Source: an uncultured Ferruginibacter sp. (GTDB lineage: Bacteria > Bacteroidota > Bacteroidia > Chitinophagales > Chitinophagaceae). From it: a DNA stretch of 64,000 nt. The notes under the pieces were generated by a model. The model saw only the letters and a list, made by a program, of their open reading frames with translations, had not been told where the DNA came from and did not search any database. The translations under genes were made by a program, and so were the position numbers. The stretch covers positions 42,729-106,728 of the forward strand of contig CAZPXP010000006.1 in assembly GCA_964590975.1 (NCBI GenBank), in the 5' to 3' direction. This document shows, in pieces, positions 1 to 8,502 of this stretch (position 1 is its first letter; each line of letters begins with the position of its first letter).

Positions 1-1023
1 CAGGGAAGCCGGTATATTAAACCAGTTACTTGCTTTAAAAGCATTAATGCCACCCGCTGCCGTAATGCTCAGCGAAGGATACATACTTGCTTTGGCAATA
101 CCGGTATTGGCATTGGCAATGTTCAGTTCCAGTTCCTTTGTTTTTACATCCGGCCTGTTTTGCAATAATGCCGATGGTACACCAGCCGATATTTTATCGG
201 TAAAAGCAATATCATTGATATGTCCGTTACGTTTTATGGCGGAAGGCGTTACGCCCGCTAATACACTCAACGCATTTTCCTGAAGGACAATCTCCTGCTC
301 CAGTTGTGGAATGAGTTGCGCAGCCATGAGGCGTTGCGCCGTTGCCTGCTGAACAGCCAATGCAGTTACCTGTCCCGCATTAAATTGCAGTTTGATAATG
401 GTAAGCGTGCTGTCGTTCAGCAACAGGTTTTTCTTTGCAATAGCTACCTGTGCATCCAGCATCAGCAGGTTGTAATAGCCTTTAGCAATAAACGACACCA
501 GGTTTGTCTGTATCGCCTTTCTGGCTTCACCGCTTTGCAGGTAGGCAGCAAGCGCTTTTGCTTTTTGATTCTTTATTTTGCCCCATATATCCGCTTCCCA
601 GCTAAGTGCTGCGCTTACTGTATAATCTTCTACATACGACCTGCCCAAAAACTGGCTCAGGCTCAACCCGTTCAGGCTGTTGTCCGAAGGCCGGTTGATA
701 GCGCCGTTTACAATAAGCCTTGCTTCAGGTAAATAACCCAGCTTGCTTTGCTTTACGACCAGTTGTGCCGCCTCTATACCCTTTAATGCGGTTTGCATAT
801 CATAATTATTAATAACAGCACTGTCAATCAGATCCTGCAAACCCGTATTGGTAAAGAACTGTTTCCATTGAATAGCTGCAAAACTGCCTGTATCCCCTGT
901 GGGGGTATCCCTGTAAGTGTCCGGTAATGACGCCTTGGGCAAGGCTATATCCTTCGATATTTTACATGCACCCGGCAGCAACAGGAGAAAAGCATAGAGG
1001 TATGTTGTGATTGTTCTTTTCAT
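1..1023 (-). CDS. RND efflux outer-membrane factor lipoprotein (NodT/TolC family); N-terminal part only, gene runs off the left edge
   Basis: Absent from the ORF track because it is open at the window edge. Reverse complement from 1023 reads MKRTITTYLYAFLLLLPGAC KISKD (lipoprotein signal peptide plus Cys), then FAAIQWKQFFTNTGLQDLIDSAVINNYDMQTALK, a typical OMF N-terminus. It starts 21 bp downstream of the RND pump gene. Confidence 0.85.
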   Translation of the reverse strand, partial: MKRTITTYLYAFLLLLPGACKISKDIALPKASLPDTYRDTPTGDTGSFAAIQWKQFFTNTGLQDLIDSAVINNYDMQTALKGIEAAQLVVKQSKLGYLPEARLIVNGAINRPSDNSLNGLSLSQFLGRSYVEDYTVSAALSWEADIWGKIKNQKAKALAAYLQSGEARKAIQTNLVSFIAKGYYNLLMLDAQVAIAKKNLLLNDSTLTIIKLQFNAGQVTALAVQQATAQRLMAAQLIPQLEQEIVLQENALSVLAGVTPSAIKRNGHINDIAFTDKISAGVPSALLQNRPDVKTKELELNIANANTGIAKASMYPSLSITAAGGINAFKASNWFNIPASL

Positions 1024-1044
1024 TTAATATTTTTTATTGCCTTA

Positions 1045-4000
1045 TTAGTTTACTAATTCCAGTTTATCCATTACCCATTCATCCCTTTCAGCAATCTTCC
1101 GCCCGCTCACCCTCTCCTGCAAATGCTGGAAGATGACAAAGAGCACTGGTATGATAAAGATGCCCAGCAGTACGCCGGTAAGCATGCCCCCTACGGCACC
1201 GGTGCCGATAGACCGGTTACCCATTGCCGAAGCGCCGGTTGCCGTTAGCAGCGGTATAAGCCCTGCGATAAATGCAAAGGAAGTCATAAGGATAGGGCGG
1301 AGGCGTAATCTTGCTGCTTCAATAGCAGCATGCCGGATGGAAAGTCCGGCCCTTCTCCGCTGCACAGCATACTCCACAATAAGTATGGCATTTTTTGCCA
1401 GCAGGCCGATAAGCATGATCAATCCTACCTGTACATAAATGTTGTTTTCAATACCAGCCAGCCTGATAAAGGCAAACACACCGAGTAAACCGGTAGGCAC
1501 AGAAAGTATTACTGCCAGCGGAAGGATATAGCTTTCATATTGTGCAGCCAGCAGAAAATACACGAAGATGATCGACATAACAAATATCCAGGTGGTCTGT
1601 GAGCCCGCACTCTGCTCTTCCCTCGTAAGGCCACTCCATTCATATCCATATCCTCTTGGCAGATAAGCAGCCGCCACCTCCTGCACCGCTTTCAGTGCCT
1701 CACCAGAGCTGTATCCCGGCTTGGGTACACCATTAATAGTAACGGCATTAAACAGGTTATTTCTTGTAACCGTTTCAGGCCCGTACACTTTTTCTAAACT
1801 GATCACAGACATTACCGGCACCATCTGCCCCAGGTTATTCTTTACATATACATCATTCAGCGTGGAAGGATCAGCACGGTAAGCAATATCAGATTGAAGA
1901 ATTACTTTATACTGTTTACCAAAGCGGTTAAAATCACTTGCCTGGTAGCTGCCATAATATACCTGCAGAGTCTGCAGCAGTTCGCTTACAGAAACCCCCA
2001 GTTGCTTTGCCCTTGCTTCATCTATATTCAGCCAGTATTGGGGGTTACCCGTATTGAATGTTGTAAAGGCATACATGATCTCGGGGCGTTTCATCAGCTC
2101 ACCGATAAAGCCATAAGCCGTGGCGCTCAGGTCTTCCAGCTTGCCGCCCGCCCTGTCCTGCAAGATCATCTCAAAGCCATTCGTATTACCAAAACCCTGT
2201 ACCGTCGGTAACGTAAAAGTGAACAGGTCAGCCGCAGAGATCACGGAGAGTTTCTGGTTTACTTCCGCTAATACCTTATTGATGTCTTCCGTATGTCCCC
2301 TTGTACCCGGCTTTTTCAGTTTCACAAACGCCAGAGCGCTGATCGGACTGGTAGCATTGGTAATGATATTCATACCCGCCACACTATAAGATTTTTCTAC
2401 CGCTTCAACTGTAGCGATAATACTGTCTGCACGTTCCACCACTTTTTTGGTACGATCCAGCGAAGCACCCGCAGGCATGTTGAGCGAATACAAAAAGATG
2501 CTCTGGTCTTCCGTTGGTATAAAACCCGTTGGAGTTTGCTTTACCATAATTACAGTACCAATGGTAATAGCAACCAGGCCCGTTAGAGCCACCCATTTTG
2601 TTTTGATAAGAAACCGGAGGCTGCGGCCATACCGGCTGGTAAGGTGTTCAAAGCCTGCATTAAAAGCATGAAAGAACCTGCCCTTAAATCCTTTAGGCTT
2701 TGCATCGCCCGAATGGTGATTATTCTTTAAGAACAAGGCCGATAAAGCAGGGCTCAGGGTCAGCGCATTTATTGCAGATATCAGGATGGCGATGGCAAGC
2801 GTAAACGCAAACTGTTTATAAAAAATGCCCGCAGGCCCCTGCATAAAGCCCACCGGAACAAATACCGCAGCCATTACCAGTGTAATTGAAATGATGGCCC
2901 CCGATATCTCATTCATACTCTTGATCGTAGCCGCCCTTGCCGGCAAATGCTCGTTCTTCATCTTTGTATGCACCGCTTCCACCACTACGATAGCGTCATC
3001 CACAACAATACCTATAGCCAGTATCAATGCAAAGAGAGTAAGCAGGTTAATCGTAAAACCAAACAGTTGCATAAAAAAGAAAGTGCCAAGGATGGCCACC
3101 GGCACAGCTATCGCCGGTATCAGCGTAGAGCGGAAATCCTGTAAGAAAAGATATACCACTATAAACACCAGGACGAATGCCTCCAGCAGTGTACGCTTTA
3201 CCTTATCGATAGAAGCGTCGAGAAATTCTTTTGCCGAATAGGGTACAAAAGTTTTTACATTCTTCGGTAAGTCCTTGTTCACCCTTTCCATGATATTATT
3301 TACTTCCGTCAGTATATCATTTGCATTCGAACCCGCTGTCTGGTAAATAAGAATACCCGTCGACGGACCTTTATCCACCTTTGCCTCCGCTGAATAATTA
3401 AACGATCCGAGGTCAACCCTTGCCACATCCTTCAATCGTATCGCCGATCCGTCGATATTACTTTTCAGGATGATGTTCTCGTAGTCGGCGTTCTCGCTAA
3501 GCTTGCCTTTATATTTAATTACATATTCAAACGATTCCCTGCTCCCTTCGCCAAACTTGCCCGGTGCAGCTTCGAGATTCTGCTCTTTAATAGATGCAAG
3601 CACATCCTGCGCAGAAAGATTATATGCCGCCAGCCGGTCAGGCTTCAGCCAGATACGCATCGCATAATCCTTCGAGCCAAAGATGGTGGCCTGGCCCACG
3701 CCATGCACACGCTGTATCTCCGGTACAATATTAATCTTGGCATAGTTCTGCAAAAACGTTTCATCATAGCTGCTGTCGCTGGTATACAGGGCAATGGCCA
3801 TAATGATACTATTCTGTTGCTTCTGCGTGGTAATGCCCGCCTGCAATACCTCCTGCGGCACAAGGCTGCTGGCCTTTGCCACACGGTTCTGCACATTCAC
3901 AGAAGCAATATCCGGATCGGTACCCGCTTTAAAAAAAACACTCAGCGTCATAGTACCATCATTGTTCGAGTTAGACGTCATATACGTCATGTTCTCTACA

Positions 4001-4212
4001 CCGTTAACGGCTTCCTCCAGTGGGGTAGCCACAGAACGTGCCACCACTTCTGCACTGGCGCCGGGGTAAGCCGCTGTAACAAGTACTGCAGGTGGCGCGA
4101 TATCCGGGAACTGCGTAATCGGCAATCCCGTTAAGGATACGATCCCAAGCAACACCAGCAGTATCGAAATAACAGTAGACAATACGGGGCGTTCTATAAA
4201 TTTCTTTAGCAT
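1045..4212 (-). CDS. RND multidrug efflux permease (AcrB/HAE1 family)
   Basis: 1055-aa ORF. N-terminus MLKKFIERPVLSTVISILLVLLG. Motifs LAIGIVVDDAIVVVE and LLAKNAILIVEY. 12-TM architecture typical of AcrB-type pumps. Confidence 0.95.
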   Translation of the reverse strand: MLKKFIERPVLSTVISILLVLLGIVSLTGLPITQFPDIAPPAVLVTAAYPGASAEVVARSVATPLEEAVNGVENMTYMTSNSNNDGTMTLSVFFKAGTDPDIASVNVQNRVAKASSLVPQEVLQAGITTQKQQNSIIMAIALYTSDSSYDETFLQNYAKINIVPEIQRVHGVGQATIFGSKDYAMRIWLKPDRLAAYNLSAQDVLASIKEQNLEAAPGKFGEGSRESFEYVIKYKGKLSENADYENIILKSNIDGSAIRLKDVARVDLGSFNYSAEAKVDKGPSTGILIYQTAGSNANDILTEVNNIMERVNKDLPKNVKTFVPYSAKEFLDASIDKVKRTLLEAFVLVFIVVYLFLQDFRSTLIPAIAVPVAILGTFFFMQLFGFTINLLTLFALILAIGIVVDDAIVVVEAVHTKMKNEHLPARAATIKSMNEISGAIISITLVMAAVFVPVGFMQGPAGIFYKQFAFTLAIAILISAINALTLSPALSALFLKNNHHSGDAKPKGFKGRFFHAFNAGFEHLTSRYGRSLRFLIKTKWVALTGLVAITIGTVIMVKQTPTGFIPTEDQSIFLYSLNMPAGASLDRTKKVVERADSIIATVEAVEKSYSVAGMNIITNATSPISALAFVKLKKPGTRGHTEDINKVLAEVNQKLSVISAADLFTFTLPTVQGFGNTNGFEMILQDRAGGKLEDLSATAYGFIGELMKRPEIMYAFTTFNTGNPQYWLNIDEARAKQLGVSVSELLQTLQVYYGSYQASDFNRFGKQYKVILQSDIAYRADPSTLNDVYVKNNLGQMVPVMSVISLEKVYGPETVTRNNLFNAVTINGVPKPGYSSGEALKAVQEVAAAYLPRGYGYEWSGLTREEQSAGSQTTWIFVMSIIFVYFLLAAQYESYILPLAVILSVPTGLLGVFAFIRLAGIENNIYVQVGLIMLIGLLAKNAILIVEYAVQRRRAGLSIRHAAIEAARLRLRPILMTSFAFIAGLIPLLTATGASAMGNRSIGTGAVGGMLTGVLLGIFIIPVLFVIFQHLQERVSGRKIAERDEWVMDKLELVN

Positions 4213-4471
4213 AAAAAATAATTAAGCTTTTAAATAGTAATGGTAGTTCCGGTTCTTCAGGGGCAAAGGATTCCCCGTCAGCACAAATGCCGAAAAAAAT
4301 CAGGTTCAGTCTTGTTTAATAGAATAGTATAAAGGTATCCGCGGCTATAAAGTCAACCCCGCCTCATATCTGCATGGTCGGTGTCTTACCAACCGTCCTT
4401 AATGTTTTATATCCGCGCTGCAATCATCTTAATATTTCTTAATCCCTTAATGTTTCAAAAAATACTCACTC

Positions 4472-5617
4472 TCAATGCACCGCCACTGTTCCCCTCAGCA
4501 CACTATCCAGCGAAATATTCTGCGGAGTAATTATGGCGCCGTCCCTTAAACGTTGCAGGCCGCTGTACACGATAGTTTCACCGTTAGTCACACCCTTATC
4601 AACAATATAGTTTCCTTCACTTTTACCTTTAATCGTTATCTGTTTGCTGGTTACTTTGTTGCTGTCGCCAACAGCAAATACATACACCCTGTCCTGCAGT
4701 TCATAAGTAGCCTGTTGCGGTACCATCAGTTTATTTTGCAGGAAGAAGGGGATACGTATCTTACCCGTGATACCCGAGCGTAACAGCTTCTCATTATTGG
4801 CAAATACCGCCCTGAAGCTGATGCTGCCCGAACTGCGGTCAAACTGCCCCTGTACCAGTTCTACTTTTCCTTTGGCACCGTAGATGCTGTTATCAGCCAG
4901 CTCCAGTTCAACAGCAGGAATGTTCCTGATCTTATCTTCCGCCGTTTTGCCGTTTACATTTGCGAAAAAGCTGTAAAAATCTGCTTCGCTCATCGAAAAA
5001 TAAGCGTGTACATTATTCACTTCGCTTAATACCGTTAAGGGTTCAGGTTCACCTTTACCGATAAGGCTGCCCTGTTTAAAATTGATATGACCCACATAGC
5101 CGCTAACCGGTGCTGTTATCAGGGTATAACCAAGAGTAATATCTGCGCTGCCCTTACCCGATACGGCCTGTGCATAAGCAGCCTGTGCCTCGTGCAGGGT
5201 GGCAGTCGCGGCTTTTAATTGTACTTCAGCAATAACCTTATTAGCTACCAGTGGCCGCAGCCGGTCTGCTTCTACCTGCGCTTTTTCTACCGCTGCACTG
5301 GCAGACTGTATTGTGGCAGAAGCGCTCCTGCTGTACTGGCTGTATTCCCTGCTGTTGATACGGAACAGGGGCTGGCCCTTTACTACCCAGGCACCATCAT
5401 CCACGTAGATCTTTTCAAGATAACCACTTACCAGTGGACGGATCTCAACGTTCACCGTACCCTGCACCGTAGCAGGATATTCCTGCCAGGCAGTAACAGA
5501 AGCAGTGTCAAGTGTTACAACAGGCAACATTTGAGGAGGCGGAGCCTGCATATTGTTGCGATTGCCCGCGCAGGCAGCTAAGTAAAGGATTATGCCATAC
5601 AGAAAATACTTTTTCAT
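4472..5617 (-). CDS. RND efflux periplasmic adaptor (membrane fusion protein) lipoprotein
   Basis: The ORF extends to 5704, but the internal ATG at 5617 gives MKKYFLYGIILYLAACAG (lipobox). The body has the HlyD/AcrA-like coiled coil (AAVEKAQVEADRLRPL) and beta-barrel segments. Confidence 0.9.
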   Translation of the reverse strand: MKKYFLYGIILYLAACAGNRNNMQAPPPQMLPVVTLDTASVTAWQEYPATVQGTVNVEIRPLVSGYLEKIYVDDGAWVVKGQPLFRINSREYSQYSRSASATIQSASAAVEKAQVEADRLRPLVANKVIAEVQLKAATATLHEAQAAYAQAVSGKGSADITLGYTLITAPVSGYVGHINFKQGSLIGKGEPEPLTVLSEVNNVHAYFSMSEADFYSFFANVNGKTAEDKIRNIPAVELELADNSIYGAKGKVELVQGQFDRSSGSISFRAVFANNEKLLRSGITGKIRIPFFLQNKLMVPQQATYELQDRVYVFAVGDSNKVTSKQITIKGKSEGNYIVDKGVTNGETIVYSGLQRLRDGAIITPQNISLDSVLRGTVAVH

Positions 5618-5790
5618 AACGTGATTTAATTGTTTAACAGTGTTAAGTAATGAGTGTAAAAAAAACAGTTCTGCAACTGCTGTAAAGACCGTGATTACCA
5701 GCATCCCAGTCTATCCGTAATCACCGTGTCCAGGCCTTTTGTAACGTTATTAAATTATCTAACAACGTTAAATAGAGAACAAAAAAAATG

Positions 5791-6390
5791 TTAGTTTTTT
5801 ATCGAATTAATAATTCCGCTGATAGCATCTTTCAATACCTGCCTGTTGATGTCTTCAGATGTTAACTGCCTTGTCATATTGATGGAAATCAATCCGTGTA
5901 CCACCGACCAGAAAGTATAATATTTGGTATCTATGTACTCCTCCGTTCTTTTATCTTCCGGTACAATCTCCTCTATCTTGTCCCACAGCATTGTCGAAGG
6001 GCCTTTAAGATCAGGGCAGGCATTTTCCATTACGCAGCAGTTCATTTCCACGCCGTACATCACCTGGTAAAGCTCCTTTTCAGCAAAGGCAAAGTTCCAG
6101 TAAGCCAGCCACATCGCTTCAAGTTGCTGGGCCGGATCAGTAAGCTTACTTTTCGCTTCTTCCATTTGCTTAGCCAGCTTTACATAGCCCATACGCGTAA
6201 GCTCCTGCAAAATGGCATCCTTGTTATTAAAGTATTCGTAAATGATGGGAGCAGTGTATTCTATCTTATCGGCAATCTTGCGCATACTCAATGCAGGCCA
6301 GCCCTCCTCCTTCACTATCTTAAGGGAAGCCTCAAGGATATTGCACCTTGTATCGTCCTTTAATCTTTGTATGCGGTCTTTGCTTGCCAT
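5791..6390 (-). CDS. TetR/AcrR family transcriptional regulator
   Basis: 199 aa. N-terminal HTH region ILEASLKIVKEEGWPALSMRKIADKIEYTAPIIYEYF. Located directly upstream of the efflux operon. Confidence 0.9.
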   Translation of the reverse strand: MASKDRIQRLKDDTRCNILEASLKIVKEEGWPALSMRKIADKIEYTAPIIYEYFNNKDAILQELTRMGYVKLAKQMEEAKSKLTDPAQQLEAMWLAYWNFAFAEKELYQVMYGVEMNCCVMENACPDLKGPSTMLWDKIEEIVPEDKRTEEYIDTKYYTFWSVVHGLISINMTRQLTSEDINRQVLKDAISGIINSIKN

Positions 6391-6502
6391 TCCATTATGG
6401 TGTAAAATAATCTAACACCGTTAAGCAAAGGTAACAGCAACTCTGCGAAACCACCAAATCTTTTTTAAAAAATGGTTTGTTAAAATGAAATACAGCCCGC
6501 CA

Positions 6503-6925
6503 TTATTTTTTGCGTAGTATAGTAAAAGCCCTGTCTTCCTTGATAAAACCCACTTTAGGGTAATACTCCATAGCCGTAGGAACAGACAGTAAAAGCAGCA
6601 TTACGCTTTCACCAAGTCTTTCCCTCGTGAGCTCGATAAGCTTTTTTCCAATACCGCTTTTCATACAATCCTTTCTTACAGCAAGGTCAGCCAGGTAACA
6701 ACTCCATACCCAGTCCGTAATAGAACGGGAAACACCAACCAGTACATCATCATCCCAGGCCGTAACAACCAGGTTCGAATTGGCAAACATTTTTCCGATT
6801 CTTTCCTTATCCCCTGTAGGTCTTGGAAGCCCCGCATTATCATACAATTCAATAATTTGTTCAGCCGTTGGAATCACGTCAAACTTATACGATAGCTCCA
6901 TATACATTAATTTACCGGTAAGCAC
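6503..6925 (-). CDS. GNAT family N-acetyltransferase
   Basis: About 135 aa with an acetyl-CoA-binding-like segment VRKDCMKSGIGKKLIE. The true start may be the ATG at 6907 or 6901 (MYMEL/MEL). Confidence 0.75.
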   Translation of the reverse strand: MLTGKLMYMELSYKFDVIPTAEQIIELYDNAGLPRPTGDKERIGKMFANSNLVVTAWDDDVLVGVSRSITDWVWSCYLADLAVRKDCMKSGIGKKLIELTRERLGESVMLLLLSVPTAMEYYPKVGFIKEDRAFTILRKK

Positions 6926-6936
6926 CTTGTAAAGTG

Positions 6937-8028
6937 TTATAACAAAATACCCATTCTTTTGCGGATCGCAGGCGGGATAGCATCTTTATGTACAACGATA
7001 GCCGTGGTCTTAATATTAAAATAAGCCTCATTCATAAAAAGGTAACCATTTATCGGGTTACCCTTACCCCATGAGTTTTTAACACAGTACCAATTCCGTC
7101 CCTTATTATCCTTCGTCACTCCCGTAATATGCATCACGTGGTCAATAGTACTGCTACTATCCTGTAAGGTACGCTGCCGCTCTGCCTGCCAGTCTTTACC
7201 CTTGTAACCCGACCAGGCCAGTCCTTTGGAAAACTCAAAACCAGTTTCGGTAACATCACCATCCCAGCAAACAGTAAAACCACTTTTCAGGGCATGGCGG
7301 GTAATATCAATAAAATCCTGTACAGGCACATTATAATACAAATCACCCGTCCAGTTGTATTTATCCTCCACTACATAACGCGTATAAAAAGGATGGTGTG
7401 TGTAAGAAGTGATTTCCACATAATCGTCCGGGTCAAACTCCAGCACCCCCTTTGCAAAAGCTTTGGGTGAATAATTTCGGTTTTTGTAAGTAAAGTTGCT
7501 GACTACAATACCCAGGTGCCGGTCAAGTAAACTGTCCAGGTACACATAATGTTGTTTTTGCAGCGTAGTAACATGATGCGCCAGCAGTTCAGCTACATAA
7601 TATTTCATAGCCGTGTCCAGCTCCGCATGATCGTGAAAAACATTACCATCTTTAAGACCAGAATAAACATAATCCGGCATGATACCATATTTTTTAAATA
7701 CCCACATCACATCATGAAACTGGCCACCGGGCGTAAAAAAATTCTTCCCTTCCTGTTTTAAATGAGTTTCCACCTTTCGTATATACGAGTAACGCGCCAC
7801 AAACATTTCGCTCAGGTCTAAATCATCTAACCCCCTGCGTTTGGTTTCACTCTCAATAAACGAAAGACTGGCAAAACTCCAGCAGGTACCCGACATCGCC
7901 TGGTTTTTTACAGAAGTGCAATTTGTTTGTGGTGGTAATTGCAGGCCCAGGCTGGCCAGGCTCGGCGACTGGCCAGCTGCTGAAAAAGTAAGCAAGCTGC
8001 CTAAAAAAATGGAAACTAAATGGTTCAT
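6937..8028 (-). CDS. Secreted C1 family cysteine peptidase (aminopeptidase C / bleomycin-hydrolase-like)
   Basis: Catalytic Cys motif NQAMSGTCWSFASL. His/Asn region HVMHITGV and VKNSWG. The ATG at 8028 gives signal peptide MNHLVSIFLGSLLTFSAAGQ; the ORF-track extension to 8181 looks non-coding. Confidence 0.85.
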   Translation of the reverse strand: MNHLVSIFLGSLLTFSAAGQSPSLASLGLQLPPQTNCTSVKNQAMSGTCWSFASLSFIESETKRRGLDDLDLSEMFVARYSYIRKVETHLKQEGKNFFTPGGQFHDVMWVFKKYGIMPDYVYSGLKDGNVFHDHAELDTAMKYYVAELLAHHVTTLQKQHYVYLDSLLDRHLGIVVSNFTYKNRNYSPKAFAKGVLEFDPDDYVEITSYTHHPFYTRYVVEDKYNWTGDLYYNVPVQDFIDITRHALKSGFTVCWDGDVTETGFEFSKGLAWSGYKGKDWQAERQRTLQDSSSTIDHVMHITGVTKDNKGRNWYCVKNSWGKGNPINGYLFMNEAYFNIKTTAIVVHKDAIPPAIRKRMGILL

Positions 8029-8502
8029 AAAGCCAAAATACAGTAAATACAGGCTACAGTCAATACCTTTTGCCGGGTATTTACAGCAATAAAGTACATA
8101 TTCTTTACAGCGCATCTTCAGTAATAACAACATTATAAGCGCACCGGATTTTTCCCCTGAAGCCCGCGGAGCCTCTCCCAATACTTTTCTTACCCATCAT
8201 CGGCCCCGCATACCCACTGCACCCGGGCCTGCTTGAAAAAGATCACTTGCCCCAAATGTTGTAATACACCAATAATTGCTTAAAAAGGAATATTTCAAAT
8301 ATTTTTTGTATTTTTATCTGAAGCATTACACCATTTTTAAGACTGATACTTTTTTTATTAAAGTATTCTCTAAAATGTGAATATACCTTACCCTTTCACT
8401 TACTATTATAAATTTAGTACAAGAAAATAATTGTACACTTGATTAACCCCGCAGGATCGGCTCCACTGGCAAATTAATTCATCCTGTTTTTGATTTATCA
8501 GT

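Noticed and set aside
47-732. Two plus-strand ORFs (47-283 and 304-732)
   Set aside because: They lie antisense to the edge-truncated NodT/TolC-family lipoprotein gene, whose N-terminus and operon position are convincing.
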